A DNA stretch of 64,000 nt from an uncultured delta proteobacterium (GCA_963706575.1 CAVPNL010000003.1:384001-448000), one strand, 5' to 3'. Counted from the first letter of the stretch, positions 8,647-19,278 are shown. The notes: generated from the sequence alone by a model not told the origin. Translations and numbers: made by a program.

Positions 8647-10668
8647 ATGTATCCCAAAAGGCAGGCAATGAATAATAAAAGGCGTCATGTCAACCTCGAT
8701 AGTATCGGCCTGATCATTATTGGTGGCGGAGTTTCGTTTTTCTATTATTATTTTGAAAAGACGATTTTGGCCAGCCCCAATCTGACCATATTTATTACCG
8801 TCGGGATCATTTTACTCATTAGTTTTTTTACACAATTGTTGATCAACAATATCAATCGATCCAAAGAAGCGCTGCGCGTAGCCAACGAAACCCTCGAGGA
8901 AAAGGTCAGGGAGCGCACCGCCGAGCTTCGTGAATCCGAAATGAAATATCGCACGATTTTTGAAAATACTGGTGCGGCAACGGTTATTATAGAAAAAGAT
9001 ATGACCATTTCCCTGGCAAATTCGGAGTTCGCTCATATCTCCGGTTTCGAAAAAAATGAAATTGAAAATATCAAATCCTGGCTGAATTTTATCGATGAGA
9101 AAACCCAACGCAGAATACGCAATGGAGAGATCATTAAGAAACATCTGGAATTCGACCAGATCCCTCCCAATTTCGAATGCAAATTCATCGATAAAGACGA
9201 CGCCCAAAAAGATATGCTGTGTTCCCTGGCCGCAATCCCCGGTTCCGATAAAAGCGTGGTGTCCCTGGCCGATATCACTGAGCTTAAAGAAGCTGAGCGT
9301 CAGATTTATCACCAGGCGTTCCACGATACCCTCACCGGTCTGCCGAATCGCGCCCTGTTTATGGAGCACTTAAACATGGCCGTAAAGCGCGCCAAACGCC
9401 GTGATGTTTACCGCTTTGCGGTTCTTTATCTGGATATCGACCGTTTCAAGCTGGTGAATGACAGCCTGGGTCATAGCGTCGGCGACCGTCTCATCGGCGC
9501 CTTTGCCAACCGTATACAGGAATCCCTCAGGGATATCGACACGCTGGGACGCTTTGGGGGGGATGAATTTGTCATCCTGCTTGAAGATATCGAAAATAGT
9601 GAATATGCCAGCGGTGTGGCTGACCGGCTGCAGCAGGAACTGAAACGCCCTTTCATGATAGAAGGCAAAGAGGTCTTTGCACCGGCCAGCTTCGGTGTGG
9701 TATTAAATACCAGAGACTATGAGGAGGCCGAGGATATCATCCGGGATGCCGACGCCGCCATGTATCACGCCAAAGAAAACGGCAAGGCCCAATATAAAAT
9801 TTTCGATAAAACCCTTCACAAAAAAGCGTTGCACTTGTTGGAAAGAGAAACCGATTTACGCAAAGCAATCCAACGGGATGAATTTGAAAACCATTATCAG
9901 CCCATAGTCGATTTGCAGACCGCCTCCCTGGTCGGTTTTGAGGCGCTGATACGCTGGAACCACCCCCAGCTGGGTCTTATTTATCCGGGCTCCTTTATTT
10001 CGATTGCCGAAGAAACCGGGCTTATCGTCCCCATGACCCAGCTGATTGCCCAACGGGCCTGTGGCGATCTATGTCAATGGCAGGATCAGCTCCAGAATAA
10101 ACTCAAACTCACAATGAACATCAATTTATCCAGCAAGCATTTTCTATCCCCCACCCTGCTGGAGGATATCAAAGAGATTCTTCGTAAAACCGGTATGCCG
10201 TCCGAGCAGCTCAAATTGGAAATCACCGAAACAGCCCTCATGGAAGATGCGGATGAAACCATTCGGCTGGTTCATCGTTTAAAAGATCTGGGTTTAAAGC
10301 TGGTAATCGACGACTTTGGGACCGGCTATTCATCTTTGAGTTATCTGCAACGCCTGCCTATTGACACCCTCAAGGTCGATCGCAGTTTTGTCTCAAGAAT
10401 ATCATCGGAGCCGGATGGTAACCGCAATATTGTCGAAGCGATTATTTCACTGGCCCATCGTCTGGAAATGATCGTGGTGGCCGAAGGGGTGGAAACCGAA
10501 GAGCAGTTTGCCATACTTCGGGAAATGAATTGCCAGTTTGGCCAGGGCTATCTGTTTTCAAAACCACTGAGCAAACCTAAAGCCGATCAACTTATTGAAA
10601 ACATTATCAAACTGTCTAAAGAAAACCCGGCCGCCAACTTCTCTTTGCCGGCGATGCTGTCGAACTAG
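8647..10668 (+). CDS. membrane-anchored PAS-GGDEF-EAL c-di-GMP signalling protein
   Basis: Two N-terminal TM segments, PAS, HDTLTGLPNR, GGDEF, EAL, DDFGTGYSS, AEGVE. Confidence 0.93.
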   Translation: MYPKRQAMNNKRRHVNLDSIGLIIIGGGVSFFYYYFEKTILASPNLTIFITVGIILLISFFTQLLINNINRSKEALRVANETLEEKVRERTAELRESEMKYRTIFENTGAATVIIEKDMTISLANSEFAHISGFEKNEIENIKSWLNFIDEKTQRRIRNGEIIKKHLEFDQIPPNFECKFIDKDDAQKDMLCSLAAIPGSDKSVVSLADITELKEAERQIYHQAFHDTLTGLPNRALFMEHLNMAVKRAKRRDVYRFAVLYLDIDRFKLVNDSLGHSVGDRLIGAFANRIQESLRDIDTLGRFGGDEFVILLEDIENSEYASGVADRLQQELKRPFMIEGKEVFAPASFGVVLNTRDYEEAEDIIRDADAAMYHAKENGKAQYKIFDKTLHKKALHLLERETDLRKAIQRDEFENHYQPIVDLQTASLVGFEALIRWNHPQLGLIYPGSFISIAEETGLIVPMTQLIAQRACGDLCQWQDQLQNKLKLTMNINLSSKHFLSPTLLEDIKEILRKTGMPSEQLKLEITETALMEDADETIRLVHRLKDLGLKLVIDDFGTGYSSLSYLQRLPIDTLKVDRSFVSRISSEPDGNRNIVEAIISLAHRLEMIVVAEGVETEEQFAILREMNCQFGQGYLFSKPLSKPKADQLIENIIKLSKENPAANFSLPAMLSN

Positions 10669-10734
10669 TCCCATCTCTTATCCTCTCGGCTCAGCTGTGT
10701 TATAATCGAAGCAACGGTTGACGATCATTACCAG

Positions 10735-10865
10735 TTGGCGTAATGGAGTAAATACGATTGCGGATTTTTGATTGCGGATTGCAGATTGAGAAATAATTCG
10801 GGCTTTATCTATTAATCAATCCGAAATCCGCATTCCGATATCTTCTTTGCTCCATTGCTCCAAGC
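10735..10865. repeat. inverted arms of degenerate heptamer tandem repeats (GATTGCG / CGCAATC type)
   Basis: gattgcggatttttgattgcggattgcagatt ... aatccgaaatccgcattcc, nested inside taatggagta ... tgctccattgctcca. Confidence 0.7.
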
Positions 10866-10907
10866 ATATATTAGTTTCTCCATAAACTTGAAACGAAGAA
10901 CATTCTC

Positions 10908-11912
10908 ATGAATCCCGAAACTCTATCGATAGAACAGCTCGCCGGCCAACGTCTGATGGTTGGTTTTGAAGGAAAGCAGTTTAATGCGCATTTAAAATTT
11001 CTCATCCGGGATCTCAAGATTGGCGGAATTATCCTTTTTTCACAAAATGTCGAAACGCCTGATCAGGTCAAAAACCTGTGCGGTGCGGTGCAGCAATATG
11101 CGCGGTTGAAAGGGCAACCGCCCTTAATGATTGCCATTGATCAGGAGGGCGGCCAAGTCGCAAGACTGAAAGAACCGTTTACGCAGTTTCCGGGAAATTC
11201 TGTTATGACGGACGTTGCCGATGCCGTTTATTTTGCCCAAACGACAGCGAACGAATTAGCTCAGGCGGGAATTAACATGAATCTGGCCCCTGTCATGGAT
11301 GTCGCTCCTGAAGAAATCACCAGCATTATGTCCGCCAGGTCATTTGGCCAGGATCCCTTTTGGGTTTCCAAACTAGGCCTGACGGTAATTTCGCATCTCC
11401 AGCAAAACAAGATCATGGCCGTGGCCAAACACTTTCCCGGCATTGGCCGAACCGTCGCCGATTCCCACCTTGATCTCCCGTCTTGCGAGTGCGATCTGAC
11501 TGAATTGGAGTCCTGTGATCTGATACCCTTTGCAGATAGTATCGAGCAGGAAGTCGCCGGCATTATGCTGTCCCATGTGATCTATAAAAAAATTGATCCC
11601 CGATGGCCGGCCAGTTTATCACAACGCATTGCTCTGAAACTTTTGCGGAAGCGTATGCGGTTTTCGGGAATTTCGATGACCGATGACCTGGACATGGGAG
11701 CTATTAACAAACATTATGATATTAAAACAGCCATCCGCCAAATCCTTCAGGCCGACATTGATATGACCTTGATCTGCCACCAAGGCCCCAATATCGAAAT
11801 CGCCTTTAAAGAGATTCTAAAGCATCTGGGAAGCTCTCCTGAAATCAAAGCAATGGGCATCGAATCGGTGAAGAGAATTATGATGCTAAAAAAGAAGTAT
11901 TTAGGTGCTTAA
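10908..11912 (+). CDS. nagZ: beta-N-acetylhexosaminidase (GH3)
   Basis: IDQEGGQV, KHFPGIGRTVADSH, TDDLDMGA. Confidence 0.9.
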   Translation: MNPETLSIEQLAGQRLMVGFEGKQFNAHLKFLIRDLKIGGIILFSQNVETPDQVKNLCGAVQQYARLKGQPPLMIAIDQEGGQVARLKEPFTQFPGNSVMTDVADAVYFAQTTANELAQAGINMNLAPVMDVAPEEITSIMSARSFGQDPFWVSKLGLTVISHLQQNKIMAVAKHFPGIGRTVADSHLDLPSCECDLTELESCDLIPFADSIEQEVAGIMLSHVIYKKIDPRWPASLSQRIALKLLRKRMRFSGISMTDDLDMGAINKHYDIKTAIRQILQADIDMTLICHQGPNIEIAFKEILKHLGSSPEIKAMGIESVKRIMMLKKKYLGA

Positions 11913-11948
11913 TGATGGGCTTTTGTTCATTTTGCGGTAATATTTTCT

Positions 11949-12031
11949 ACCACGAAGAACACGAAGTTGAAAAGGCGTTATTATAGTTTTCTTTGAATCT
12001 CATAGCTTGTGTTCTTCGTGATCTTCGTGGT
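11949..12031. repeat. inverted 9-mer repeat arms between convergent nagZ and tsaD
   Basis: accacgaagaacacgaag ... cttgtgttcttcgtgatcttcgtggt. Confidence 0.75.
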
Positions 12032-12064
12032 TTTCCAATTTTTGGTTACAGTAGCCCTGCTGGA

Positions 12065-13063
12065 TCAAGCCTTCGTCCTGGAAAAAACATCGTCATTCAA
12101 ACTCCCCCGCACGCCGGCATTTAGGTAGTGGAAGCCCGCCGCCGCGATCATGGCCGCATTGTCACCGCACAGCTGGACGGAAGGGATGTGGGCTTTCAGG
12201 CCCCGGGCTTGGGCGTCACACTGGACTTTGTACCTTAAGCCGCTATTGGCGGCTACCCCGCCAACAACAGCGATATGCTCACATCCCTTCTTTAATGCTG
12301 CGTTGATTAATTTATAGACCAGCACCTCAACCACGGCCGCCTGGAATCCGGCCGCAATATCTGCCATTCGGGTTTTATAATCGGATTGATGCTTGCCGAC
12401 ATAATGGCTAACCGCAGTTTTGATCCCGCTAAAACTAAAATCAAAGTCGGATTTATTCAGATACGGACGGGTAAAGGCAATTTTATCGGGGTTCCCTTTT
12501 TTTGAAAGCCTATCAATAACCTCGCCGCCTGGATATCCCAGGCCGAGCAATTTTGCGACCTTATCAAAGGCTTCCCCGACGGCATCATCGCGAGTCTGGC
12601 CCATCAGTTCAATTGCCGTGTGGGAAGTTACATAATAAATAGCGGTGTGCCCTCCGGATACCAGTAAGGCGACAAAGGGAAATGGCGGTGCTTCCGGCTC
12701 CAGAAACACCGAATTGATATGACCTTCCAGATGATTCACCCCGACCAGCGGGACGCCCAGGGCATAGGCGTAAGATTTGGCAAATGAAAACCCCACCAAT
12801 AATGCCCCGACCAGACCGGGCCCGCGGGTTGCAGCAATGGCATCTAACTGATTGGTTTTTATCCCGGAATCGCTGGTAGCCTCTTCTACTACCGGGACAA
12901 TGGCTTCAATGTGCTTTCGCGAAGCCAACTCAGGAACGACACCGCCGTAACGATGATGGACTTCGATTTGAGAAAAAACCTTAGAAGACAGAACAGCGGT
13001 TCCATCCTGAACGACGGCCGCCGCGGTTTCATCACAAGATGTTTCAATACCTAAAATATACAA
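12065..13063 (-). CDS. tsaD: tRNA N6-adenosine threonylcarbamoyltransferase
   Basis: LGIETSCDET, GGVVPELASRKH, NHLEGH, LLVSGGHT, DDAVGEAFDK, DNAAMI. Confidence 0.96.
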   Translation of the reverse strand: MYILGIETSCDETAAAVVQDGTAVLSSKVFSQIEVHHRYGGVVPELASRKHIEAIVPVVEEATSDSGIKTNQLDAIAATRGPGLVGALLVGFSFAKSYAYALGVPLVGVNHLEGHINSVFLEPEAPPFPFVALLVSGGHTAIYYVTSHTAIELMGQTRDDAVGEAFDKVAKLLGLGYPGGEVIDRLSKKGNPDKIAFTRPYLNKSDFDFSFSGIKTAVSHYVGKHQSDYKTRMADIAAGFQAAVVEVLVYKLINAALKKGCEHIAVVGGVAANSGLRYKVQCDAQARGLKAHIPSVQLCGDNAAMIAAAGFHYLNAGVRGSLNDDVFSRTKA

Positions 13064-13115
13064 TCGTTTACTTTTTCTTTATTGATACTCTCCGAGCATC
13101 GGTCTTGCTACCGAC

Positions 13116-13241
13116 TCAACCCTTGCATAAGGCGCCGGCCGTCTGCCCTTCAGCAATCCAATCAAAAAAACGGCTTATCTTTTTAATCAAATTCGCTCGA
13201 ATTGAGGAATTCGGGCTTTGTTCGCTTTTGTTTTTTACCAT
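13116..13241 (-). CDS. unannotated 41-aa protein MVKNKSEQSPNSSIRANLIKKISRFFDWIAEGQTAGALCKG
   Basis: ATG two nt after the purM stop, with a GGGAG RBS inside the end of purM; fills the purM-tsaD gap; ends CKG-TGA. Confidence 0.6.
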   Translation of the reverse strand: MVKNKSEQSPNSSIRANLIKKISRFFDWIAEGQTAGALCKG

Positions 13242-13243
13242 TG

Positions 13244-14287
13244 TTACTCCCAGACGAGGCGCTTGCCGGCTTCTCTACAATCCAGAATTTCACCGATAAG
13301 ATAGGCATGCTCGCCCATTGCGTCAATGCGCTGCATGACATCCAAGACGGCGTAATCGGGAACAACCAAAATCATTCCAATGCCCATGTTGAATGTGCGG
13401 GACATCTCTTTTGCGGATATGTTACCCGCCTGTTGCAGAAAAGAAAAAATGGGCGGAATATCCCAGCTTTCGTCACGAATTAGGATGCTGCAGGCCTGAG
13501 GTACGATTCTCACAATATTATCCGAAATACCACCGCCGGTAATATGCGCAATCCCATGAATCGGTAAATCTTTTAAAAGGCCACTGATGGCAGCAGCATA
13601 AATCTTGGTCGGTGACAGCAATTCTTCACCAATGGTTTTACCGAGTTCCGCTACGTGCTGATCGATTTTGAGGTTGAGCACTTCAAAACAAACTTTGCGG
13701 ACCAGGGAATAGCCGTTGCTGTGGAGGCCGCTGGATGCGATGCCGACAAGTTTATGCCCGACCCGTATTTCGGTTCCGTCGATAATCTTGCTGTTATCGA
13801 CAACGCCTACGGTGAATCCGGCCAAATCATATTCATTGGTCTGGTAGAATCCGGGCATCTCAGCGGTTTCACCACCTAACAGGGCGCATTGAGCCTGTTT
13901 GCAGCCCTGGGCAATTCCCTTGATGATATCCGTGGCACGTTGATTGTCGAGCTTTCCCATTGAAAGATAATCGAGAAAGAAAAGTGGCTTTGCGCCTTGG
14001 ACTATGATATCGTTGACGCACATTGCCACCAGATCTATGCCGACGGTATCGTGTTTATCCAGCATAAACGCAATCTTAAGCTTGGTCCCAACCCCATCGG
14101 TCGAACTGACCAAGACCGGTCTTTCCAGATTTGCAAGATTAAGCGAAAAAAGACCGCCAAATCCGCCGATATCGCTCATGACACCGGGGCGCGCGGTCTG
14201 TTTTGCAATCTCCCCGATGGCATCCACCAGCTTGTTGGCCTTGTCAATATCAACGCCGGCATCGGCATATGTGAAAGATTCCTTCAT
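13244..14287 (-). CDS. purM: phosphoribosylformylglycinamidine cyclo-ligase
   Basis: YADAGVDI, TDGVGTKL, GGETAEMPG, SSGLHSNGYS, HITGGG; start at ATG 14287 with AGGAG RBS. Confidence 0.96.
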   Translation of the reverse strand: MKESFTYADAGVDIDKANKLVDAIGEIAKQTARPGVMSDIGGFGGLFSLNLANLERPVLVSSTDGVGTKLKIAFMLDKHDTVGIDLVAMCVNDIIVQGAKPLFFLDYLSMGKLDNQRATDIIKGIAQGCKQAQCALLGGETAEMPGFYQTNEYDLAGFTVGVVDNSKIIDGTEIRVGHKLVGIASSGLHSNGYSLVRKVCFEVLNLKIDQHVAELGKTIGEELLSPTKIYAAAISGLLKDLPIHGIAHITGGGISDNIVRIVPQACSILIRDESWDIPPIFSFLQQAGNISAKEMSRTFNMGIGMILVVPDYAVLDVMQRIDAMGEHAYLIGEILDCREAGKRLVWE

Positions 14288-14485
14288 AATGATCTCCTGA
14301 ATGTTGAGCTTATCGTATGAATTAAAATATGATGAAAACCCTTGAAAATTAATCTCATCCGGCATAAAAGTCAAAGAATTTTTGGAAGTCAAGTTCGATC
14401 TCGCAAATAAAGTTTTCTTTTTTAGGTTACGGCTGCATCAACAAGATGACCTTGCGTAATTGAAAGCATAAGTCAGGAGAAGGTT

Positions 14486-15652
14486 ATGTTTACGTTTGCC
14501 AGGCTGGATCGGCTGCCGCCTTATGTATTCGCAACGGTTAATGAAATCAAAATGGAAGCCCGGCGGTCGGGCAAAGACATTATCGACCTGGGAATGGGAA
14601 ATCCGGATCTGGGGACCCCACAACATATCGTCGATAAACTGGTTGAATCCGCCCAAAAGCCGCAGAATCATCGCTATTCGGCCTCAATGGGAATCACCAA
14701 ACTGCGGATGGCCATCGCCGACTGGTATCAACGCCGATTTGACGTTAGCATAGACCCGGACACTGAAGCCATCGCGACCATCGGCGTCAAGGAAGGAATG
14801 TCGCATTTGATTCTGGTTACGATTCGACCGGGGGACGTTGTATTTACGCCCAATCCGACCTATCCGATCCATCCATATTCGGCGATCATTGCCGGTGGGG
14901 ATGTCAGAGGAATCCCGCTGGGGCCGGAGGCCGATTTTTTTGAAAATCTGGTTTCGGCCACCAGGACCACATGGCCCCGGCCTAAGGTCCTTATCATCAG
15001 CTATCCGCATAACCCCACCACCGAGGTTGTGGATCTGGCTTTTTTTCAAAAAATCGTCGACTACGCCAGAGAACACAGCATTATGGTCATCCATGACTTC
15101 GCTTATGCCGACCTGGTATTCGACGACTACAAAGCCCCGAGTTTTCTACAGGCTGAAGGCGCCAAAGATGTCGGTGTAGAGTTTTTTTCTCTTTCAAAAA
15201 GCTACAGCATGCCGGGTTGGCGTGTGGGGTTTTGCGCAGGCAACGCCCAGATCATTGCCGCTTTGCGTCGCATAAAAAGCTACCTGGATTATGGAATTTT
15301 CCAGCCGATCCAGATTGCATCGATTATCGCACTAAACGGACCCTATGATTGCGTCGAGCAGATCCGTGATACATACCGGGAAAGACGGGATGCGCTCGTT
15401 AATGGATTGAACCGTATCGGATGGAATATTAAAAGCCCTAAAGGCACCATGTTCGTTTGGGGAAAGATTCCGGATAAGTTTATAAAAATGGGCTCGGTTG
15501 AATTTGCTAAATTTATGATAGCCGAGGCCGAGGTTGCCGTATCACCGGGTCTGGGTTTCGGAGAATACGGTGATGAACATGTTCGTTTCGCCTTGATTGA
15601 AAATCCCATGCGGATTAATCAGGCTATTCGGGGAATAAAGAAAATTATGTGA
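14486..15652 (+). CDS. PLP-dependent class I/II aminotransferase (AlaC/LL-DAP-AT-like)
   Basis: [40 protein letters not shown]. Confidence 0.9.
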   Translation: MFTFARLDRLPPYVFATVNEIKMEARRSGKDIIDLGMGNPDLGTPQHIVDKLVESAQKPQNHRYSASMGITKLRMAIADWYQRRFDVSIDPDTEAIATIGVKEGMSHLILVTIRPGDVVFTPNPTYPIHPYSAIIAGGDVRGIPLGPEADFFENLVSATRTTWPRPKVLIISYPHNPTTEVVDLAFFQKIVDYAREHSIMVIHDFAYADLVFDDYKAPSFLQAEGAKDVGVEFFSLSKSYSMPGWRVGFCAGNAQIIAALRRIKSYLDYGIFQPIQIASIIALNGPYDCVEQIRDTYRERRDALVNGLNRIGWNIKSPKGTMFVWGKIPDKFIKMGSVEFAKFMIAEAEVAVSPGLGFGEYGDEHVRFALIENPMRINQAIRGIKKIM

Positions 15653-15667
15653 TAAGGAGTGGTATAA

Positions 15668-16981
15668 ATGAAACAGATTAATGTAGGTTTACTCGGCTGC
15701 GGCACGGTGGGTACCGGCGTAGCAAAATTACTTATTGAGAGCCGACAGGTGATTGCTGCACGCCTGGGAACGACCTTGCATCTGAAACGGGTTGCCGATA
15801 TTGACATCGAAACAGATCGAGGTGTCCAGTTTGATGAAGGCGTACTGACGACCGATGCCAATGCGCTCGTAAATGATCCGGAAATCGACATCATTATCGA
15901 AATGATCGGCGGCGAAGGAATCGCCAAAGAGCTTATCTTAAAAGCCATCGACAACGGCAAGCAGGTGATAACGGCCAACAAGGCACTTTTGGCCAGCCAG
16001 GGCAACGCGCTGTTTAAAGCGGCTGCAGAAAAAGGTGTGGATCTGGCATTTGAGGCCGCTGTCGGCGGATGTATGCCGACGATCAAATCCATACGGGAAT
16101 CACTGGTCGCCAATCGTATCCAATCGATGACCGGCATATTGAACGGGACCTGTAACTATATTTTAACGAAAATTACCGACGAAAGAAGACCGTTCGGCGA
16201 TGCTTTAGCCGAAGCACAGGAAAAGGGCTATGCCGAAGCCGATCCTGCCCTGGATGTCGACGGAATCGATACCGCCCACAAGATAGCGATTTTAACGGCG
16301 CTGGCCTATGGAATGGAAATTAATTTAGCGGATGTGTATATCGAAGGCATCTCAGAGATTACGCCGCTGGATGTGGAGTTTGCCGAGCATTTCGGGTATC
16401 GGATCAAGCTGCTGGCCATTAGCAAAAGAAAGGGCGACAAAATAGAGGCACGGGTACACCCCACCATGATCCCGTTTGACAACCTTCTTTCTAATGTCAA
16501 CGGCACCGTCAATGCCCTTATGGTGTCCGGTGACGCAGTTGGCGATATCATGCTGTATGGGCGAGGTGCCGGTATGATGCCGACCGCCAGTGCGGTAATC
16601 AGCGACGCGGTGGACATTGCGCGCAACCTGATGGCAGGAACAACCCGCAGGGTCCCTGCCCTTTCTTTTCAAAGGGATCATGTCCAGGATATCAAAATTA
16701 TGCCGATGAATGAAATCGTCACGCATTATTATTTTCGATTCGCCGCACTCGACCGGCCCGGCGTGCTATCGAAAATTTCCGGTATCTTGGGCAGCCACGA
16801 TATCAGCATTCAATCGATGCAGCAGAAAGGCCGTAAAACGGACGGATCCGTGCCGGTTGTTATGGTGAGCCACCAGGCCAAGGAGGCCGATGTTCAGGAG
16901 GCCATAGCGGAAATCGATGATCTGGATGTCGTCGGTGAGAAGACAGTCCTGATTCGGATTGAAGATGAACAACTCGATTAA
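15668..16981 (+). CDS. hom: homoserine dehydrogenase with C-terminal ACT domain
   Basis: GCGTVG, TANKA, EAAVGG, NGTCNYIL, GYAEADP, DRPGVLS. Confidence 0.95.
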   Translation: MKQINVGLLGCGTVGTGVAKLLIESRQVIAARLGTTLHLKRVADIDIETDRGVQFDEGVLTTDANALVNDPEIDIIIEMIGGEGIAKELILKAIDNGKQVITANKALLASQGNALFKAAAEKGVDLAFEAAVGGCMPTIKSIRESLVANRIQSMTGILNGTCNYILTKITDERRPFGDALAEAQEKGYAEADPALDVDGIDTAHKIAILTALAYGMEINLADVYIEGISEITPLDVEFAEHFGYRIKLLAISKRKGDKIEARVHPTMIPFDNLLSNVNGTVNALMVSGDAVGDIMLYGRGAGMMPTASAVISDAVDIARNLMAGTTRRVPALSFQRDHVQDIKIMPMNEIVTHYYFRFAALDRPGVLSKISGILGSHDISIQSMQQKGRKTDGSVPVVMVSHQAKEADVQEAIAEIDDLDVVGEKTVLIRIEDEQLD

Positions 16982-17027
16982 ATAATTAGCTTTTTTAAAT
17001 GGAAACGACTTTAGGGGAAGAATAACT

Positions 17028-17633
17028 ATGTATATTATTTGCGCTGATATGGAAGGTATTTTTACGCCGGAAATATGGATTAACGTGGCTGAAATCACCG
17101 GCATTGATGAACTCAGGCTGACGACACGGGATATTTCCGATTATGATGTATTGATGAAAAAGCGTCTGGCCATTTTAGATGAGCATGGGCTGAAACTGCG
17201 GGATATCCAGGCGGTCATTTCTAAAATGCAGCCGCTTGACGGAGCCAGGGAATTCCTGGACTGGCTTCGATCTCAGCTTCAGGTCATTATCGTATCGGAC
17301 ACCTATGTGGAATTTGCAGGCCCCCTGCTTGAAAAACTTGGCCGGCCGACCCTGTTTTGCAACACGCTTTCGGTTGCGGCCGACGGGTCAATTTCCGGAT
17401 ATAACCTGCGCCAGAAAGATGGTAAAAGAAAGGTGGCCGCTGCACTTCAAAATTTGAAATATAAGGTCATTGCCGTCGGCGATTCCTATAACGACATCAC
17501 CATGCTCAAGACGGCCGAAAAGGCCATCCTGTTCCGCCCGCCCGAAAATGTTAGAGCTGAATTTCCGCAATTCCCGATAACGACGAACTACCGTGAAATG
17601 AAGCGAGAAATTCAAAAAATCATAAATCATTAA
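17028..17633 (+). CDS. thrH: phosphoserine phosphatase / homoserine phosphotransferase (HAD)
   Basis: DMEG..PEIWI, TTRDI.DYDVLM, SDT, GDSYND; directly follows hom. Confidence 0.88.
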   Translation: MYIICADMEGIFTPEIWINVAEITGIDELRLTTRDISDYDVLMKKRLAILDEHGLKLRDIQAVISKMQPLDGAREFLDWLRSQLQVIIVSDTYVEFAGPLLEKLGRPTLFCNTLSVAADGSISGYNLRQKDGKRKVAAALQNLKYKVIAVGDSYNDITMLKTAEKAILFRPPENVRAEFPQFPITTNYREMKREIQKIINH

Positions 17634-17657
17634 GCTGGTTTGAATACGAGGGCGCAC

Positions 17658-18071
17658 ATGCCAACTCATAAAACCACCTGTCGTGTGATCTATGGCGACA
17701 CGGATAACATGGGGCAGGCTTATTACGGAAATTACTTTAGATGGTTCGAAATTGGTCGCACCGAATTGTTCCGATCGCTGGGCATTGCCTACGCAGCGGT
17801 TGAAAGCCGGGGCATATTTCTGCCGGTGGCAGAGGTCTATTGTAAATATTCGGTGCCGGCCAAGTATGATGATCTTTTGATGATTGAAACTTCACTGGAT
17901 ACCCGGCTGAAAGGCGCCATTAAGTTTGATTATCGCATATTCAGTGAAGACGGAAAAACCCTTCTGGCGCAGGGCCATACCAAACATGCCTGCCTGAATC
18001 GGGAGGGCAAGGTGGTCCGTCCGCCATCATTTATCAAAGAAGTCATCGAGAAAAATATCGAGAAATCTTAA
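17658..18071 (+). CDS. YbgC/FadM-family acyl-CoA thioesterase
   Basis: RVIYGDTDNMG..YYGNY.RWFE.GR hot-dog signature. Confidence 0.88.
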   Translation: MPTHKTTCRVIYGDTDNMGQAYYGNYFRWFEIGRTELFRSLGIAYAAVESRGIFLPVAEVYCKYSVPAKYDDLLMIETSLDTRLKGAIKFDYRIFSEDGKTLLAQGHTKHACLNREGKVVRPPSFIKEVIEKNIEKS

Positions 18072-18165
18072 AATATTATTAGAAGCGGCGTAAGGCAAGC
18101 GTTTCGATATCATCCTCGTATCCGGTGATCGCGGGTTAAATGACGATCGATATTAAAAAAATTGG

Positions 18166-18498
18166 GTGAATGAAAATAATCAAATGGTATTTATTCGGGA
18201 ACATTCCGAGGGCATCGTATTCAAGGTTTTTATACAATCCCGATCTTCAAAAAATATGATTATCGGACGGCATGGTGACAGCCTTAAACTCAAGGTGACC
18301 GCGCCGCCGGTTGACGGAGCCGCCAATAAAATGTGTATCAAATTCCTGGCGAAACGTCTTTCGGTATCTCCTTCTTCACTTGAAATCATAAGCGGACACG
18401 GTAGTCGGACCAAAAAAATCCTTTTAAAGTCTGATCATGCACCACCATCCACAGAGGAATATAGACATCTCGAACAACTCATTAAGCGGTTAATTTAA
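18166..18498 (+). CDS. DUF167 (YggU) family protein
   Basis: LKLKVTAPPVDGAAN..G..SRTK. Confidence 0.85.
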   Translation: MNENNQMVFIREHSEGIVFKVFIQSRSSKNMIIGRHGDSLKLKVTAPPVDGAANKMCIKFLAKRLSVSPSSLEIISGHGSRTKKILLKSDHAPPSTEEYRHLEQLIKRLI

Positions 18499-18511
18499 TA
18501 GCATGCGTAGC

Positions 18512-18576
18512 CGGCTAACGGGCAAACGGGTAAACAAGCCAACCGGTAGACAGGCCAATTGGCAAACCGGCCTAAA
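18512..18576. repeat. degenerate octamer tandem repeat (GGYAAACN-like)
   Basis: ggctaacg ggcaaacg ggtaaaca agccaacc ggtagaca ggccaatt ggcaaacc ggcctaaa. Confidence 0.65.
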
Positions 18577-18584
18577 GAAAGCCC

Positions 18585-18613
18585 TTGACTAATTTCACTG
18601 ATTTGGCTATTAA
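18585..18613 (+). promoter_or_regulatory. sigma-70 promoter of the tRNA gene
   Basis: TTGACT-N17-TATTAA about 25 nt upstream of the tRNA. Confidence 0.55.
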
Positions 18614-18637
18614 ACTCGCGCTTAAAGAATAATTTGA

Positions 18638-18714
<77 letters not shown>

Positions 18715-18721
18715 AACGATC

Positions 18722-18758
18722 AAAGGGGCTTAGACTGCGGTCTAAGCCCCTTTTTTTT
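18722..18758 (+). terminator. rho-independent terminator after the tRNA
   Basis: AAAGGGGCTTAGAC-TGCG-GTCTAAGCCCC-TTTTTTTT. Confidence 0.92.
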
Positions 18759-18942
18759 CATTGGATCAAGCCGCATGGTCCCGATGAAAATAAACCCAAA
18801 GCAACGACGCATACCGAACTTTTATTTCTTTGACCATCCTTTGCAATTGTATTATATAAGACCCATCTCACATTCATCTTTAAGCGGAAATCTTATCTTC
18901 TAATTGGGGCGAAACCCATAACTTGTTTAAGGATCTTGTATT

Positions 18943-19272
18943 ATGGCTGATGCAAAGAAACCAAGTCCTAAGAGTGACAACCGGCGTTCGGGTTTAGATC
19001 GCAGGTGGATTATTGCACCCCATGAGGGCCCCGAAAGGCGAAGCGGCAAAGATCGGAGAAACACATTGGAAGATGGTGAAGTGATCTTAGCAGATCAGAG
19101 TGATTCAAATGAAATTGCGACGATCCAGGATCTATTAATGGCCAATTCCATGCAACTGGATGCTATTGCTCAGCTGCTGATCGAAAAGGGCGTATTTTCC
19201 AAAGAGGACCTCTTTAATATGCTCAAGCGCATTCAAAAGGAATACCAAAAGACAGGAAATATTGAAGACTAA
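18943..19272 (+). CDS. hypothetical protein with tandem RRSGxDRR motifs
   Basis: 109-aa ORF with NRRSGLDRR and ERRSGKDRR, plus a helical C-terminus. Confidence 0.7.
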   Translation: MADAKKPSPKSDNRRSGLDRRWIIAPHEGPERRSGKDRRNTLEDGEVILADQSDSNEIATIQDLLMANSMQLDAIAQLLIEKGVFSKEDLFNMLKRIQKEYQKTGNIED

Positions 19273-19278
19273 AGCCGC

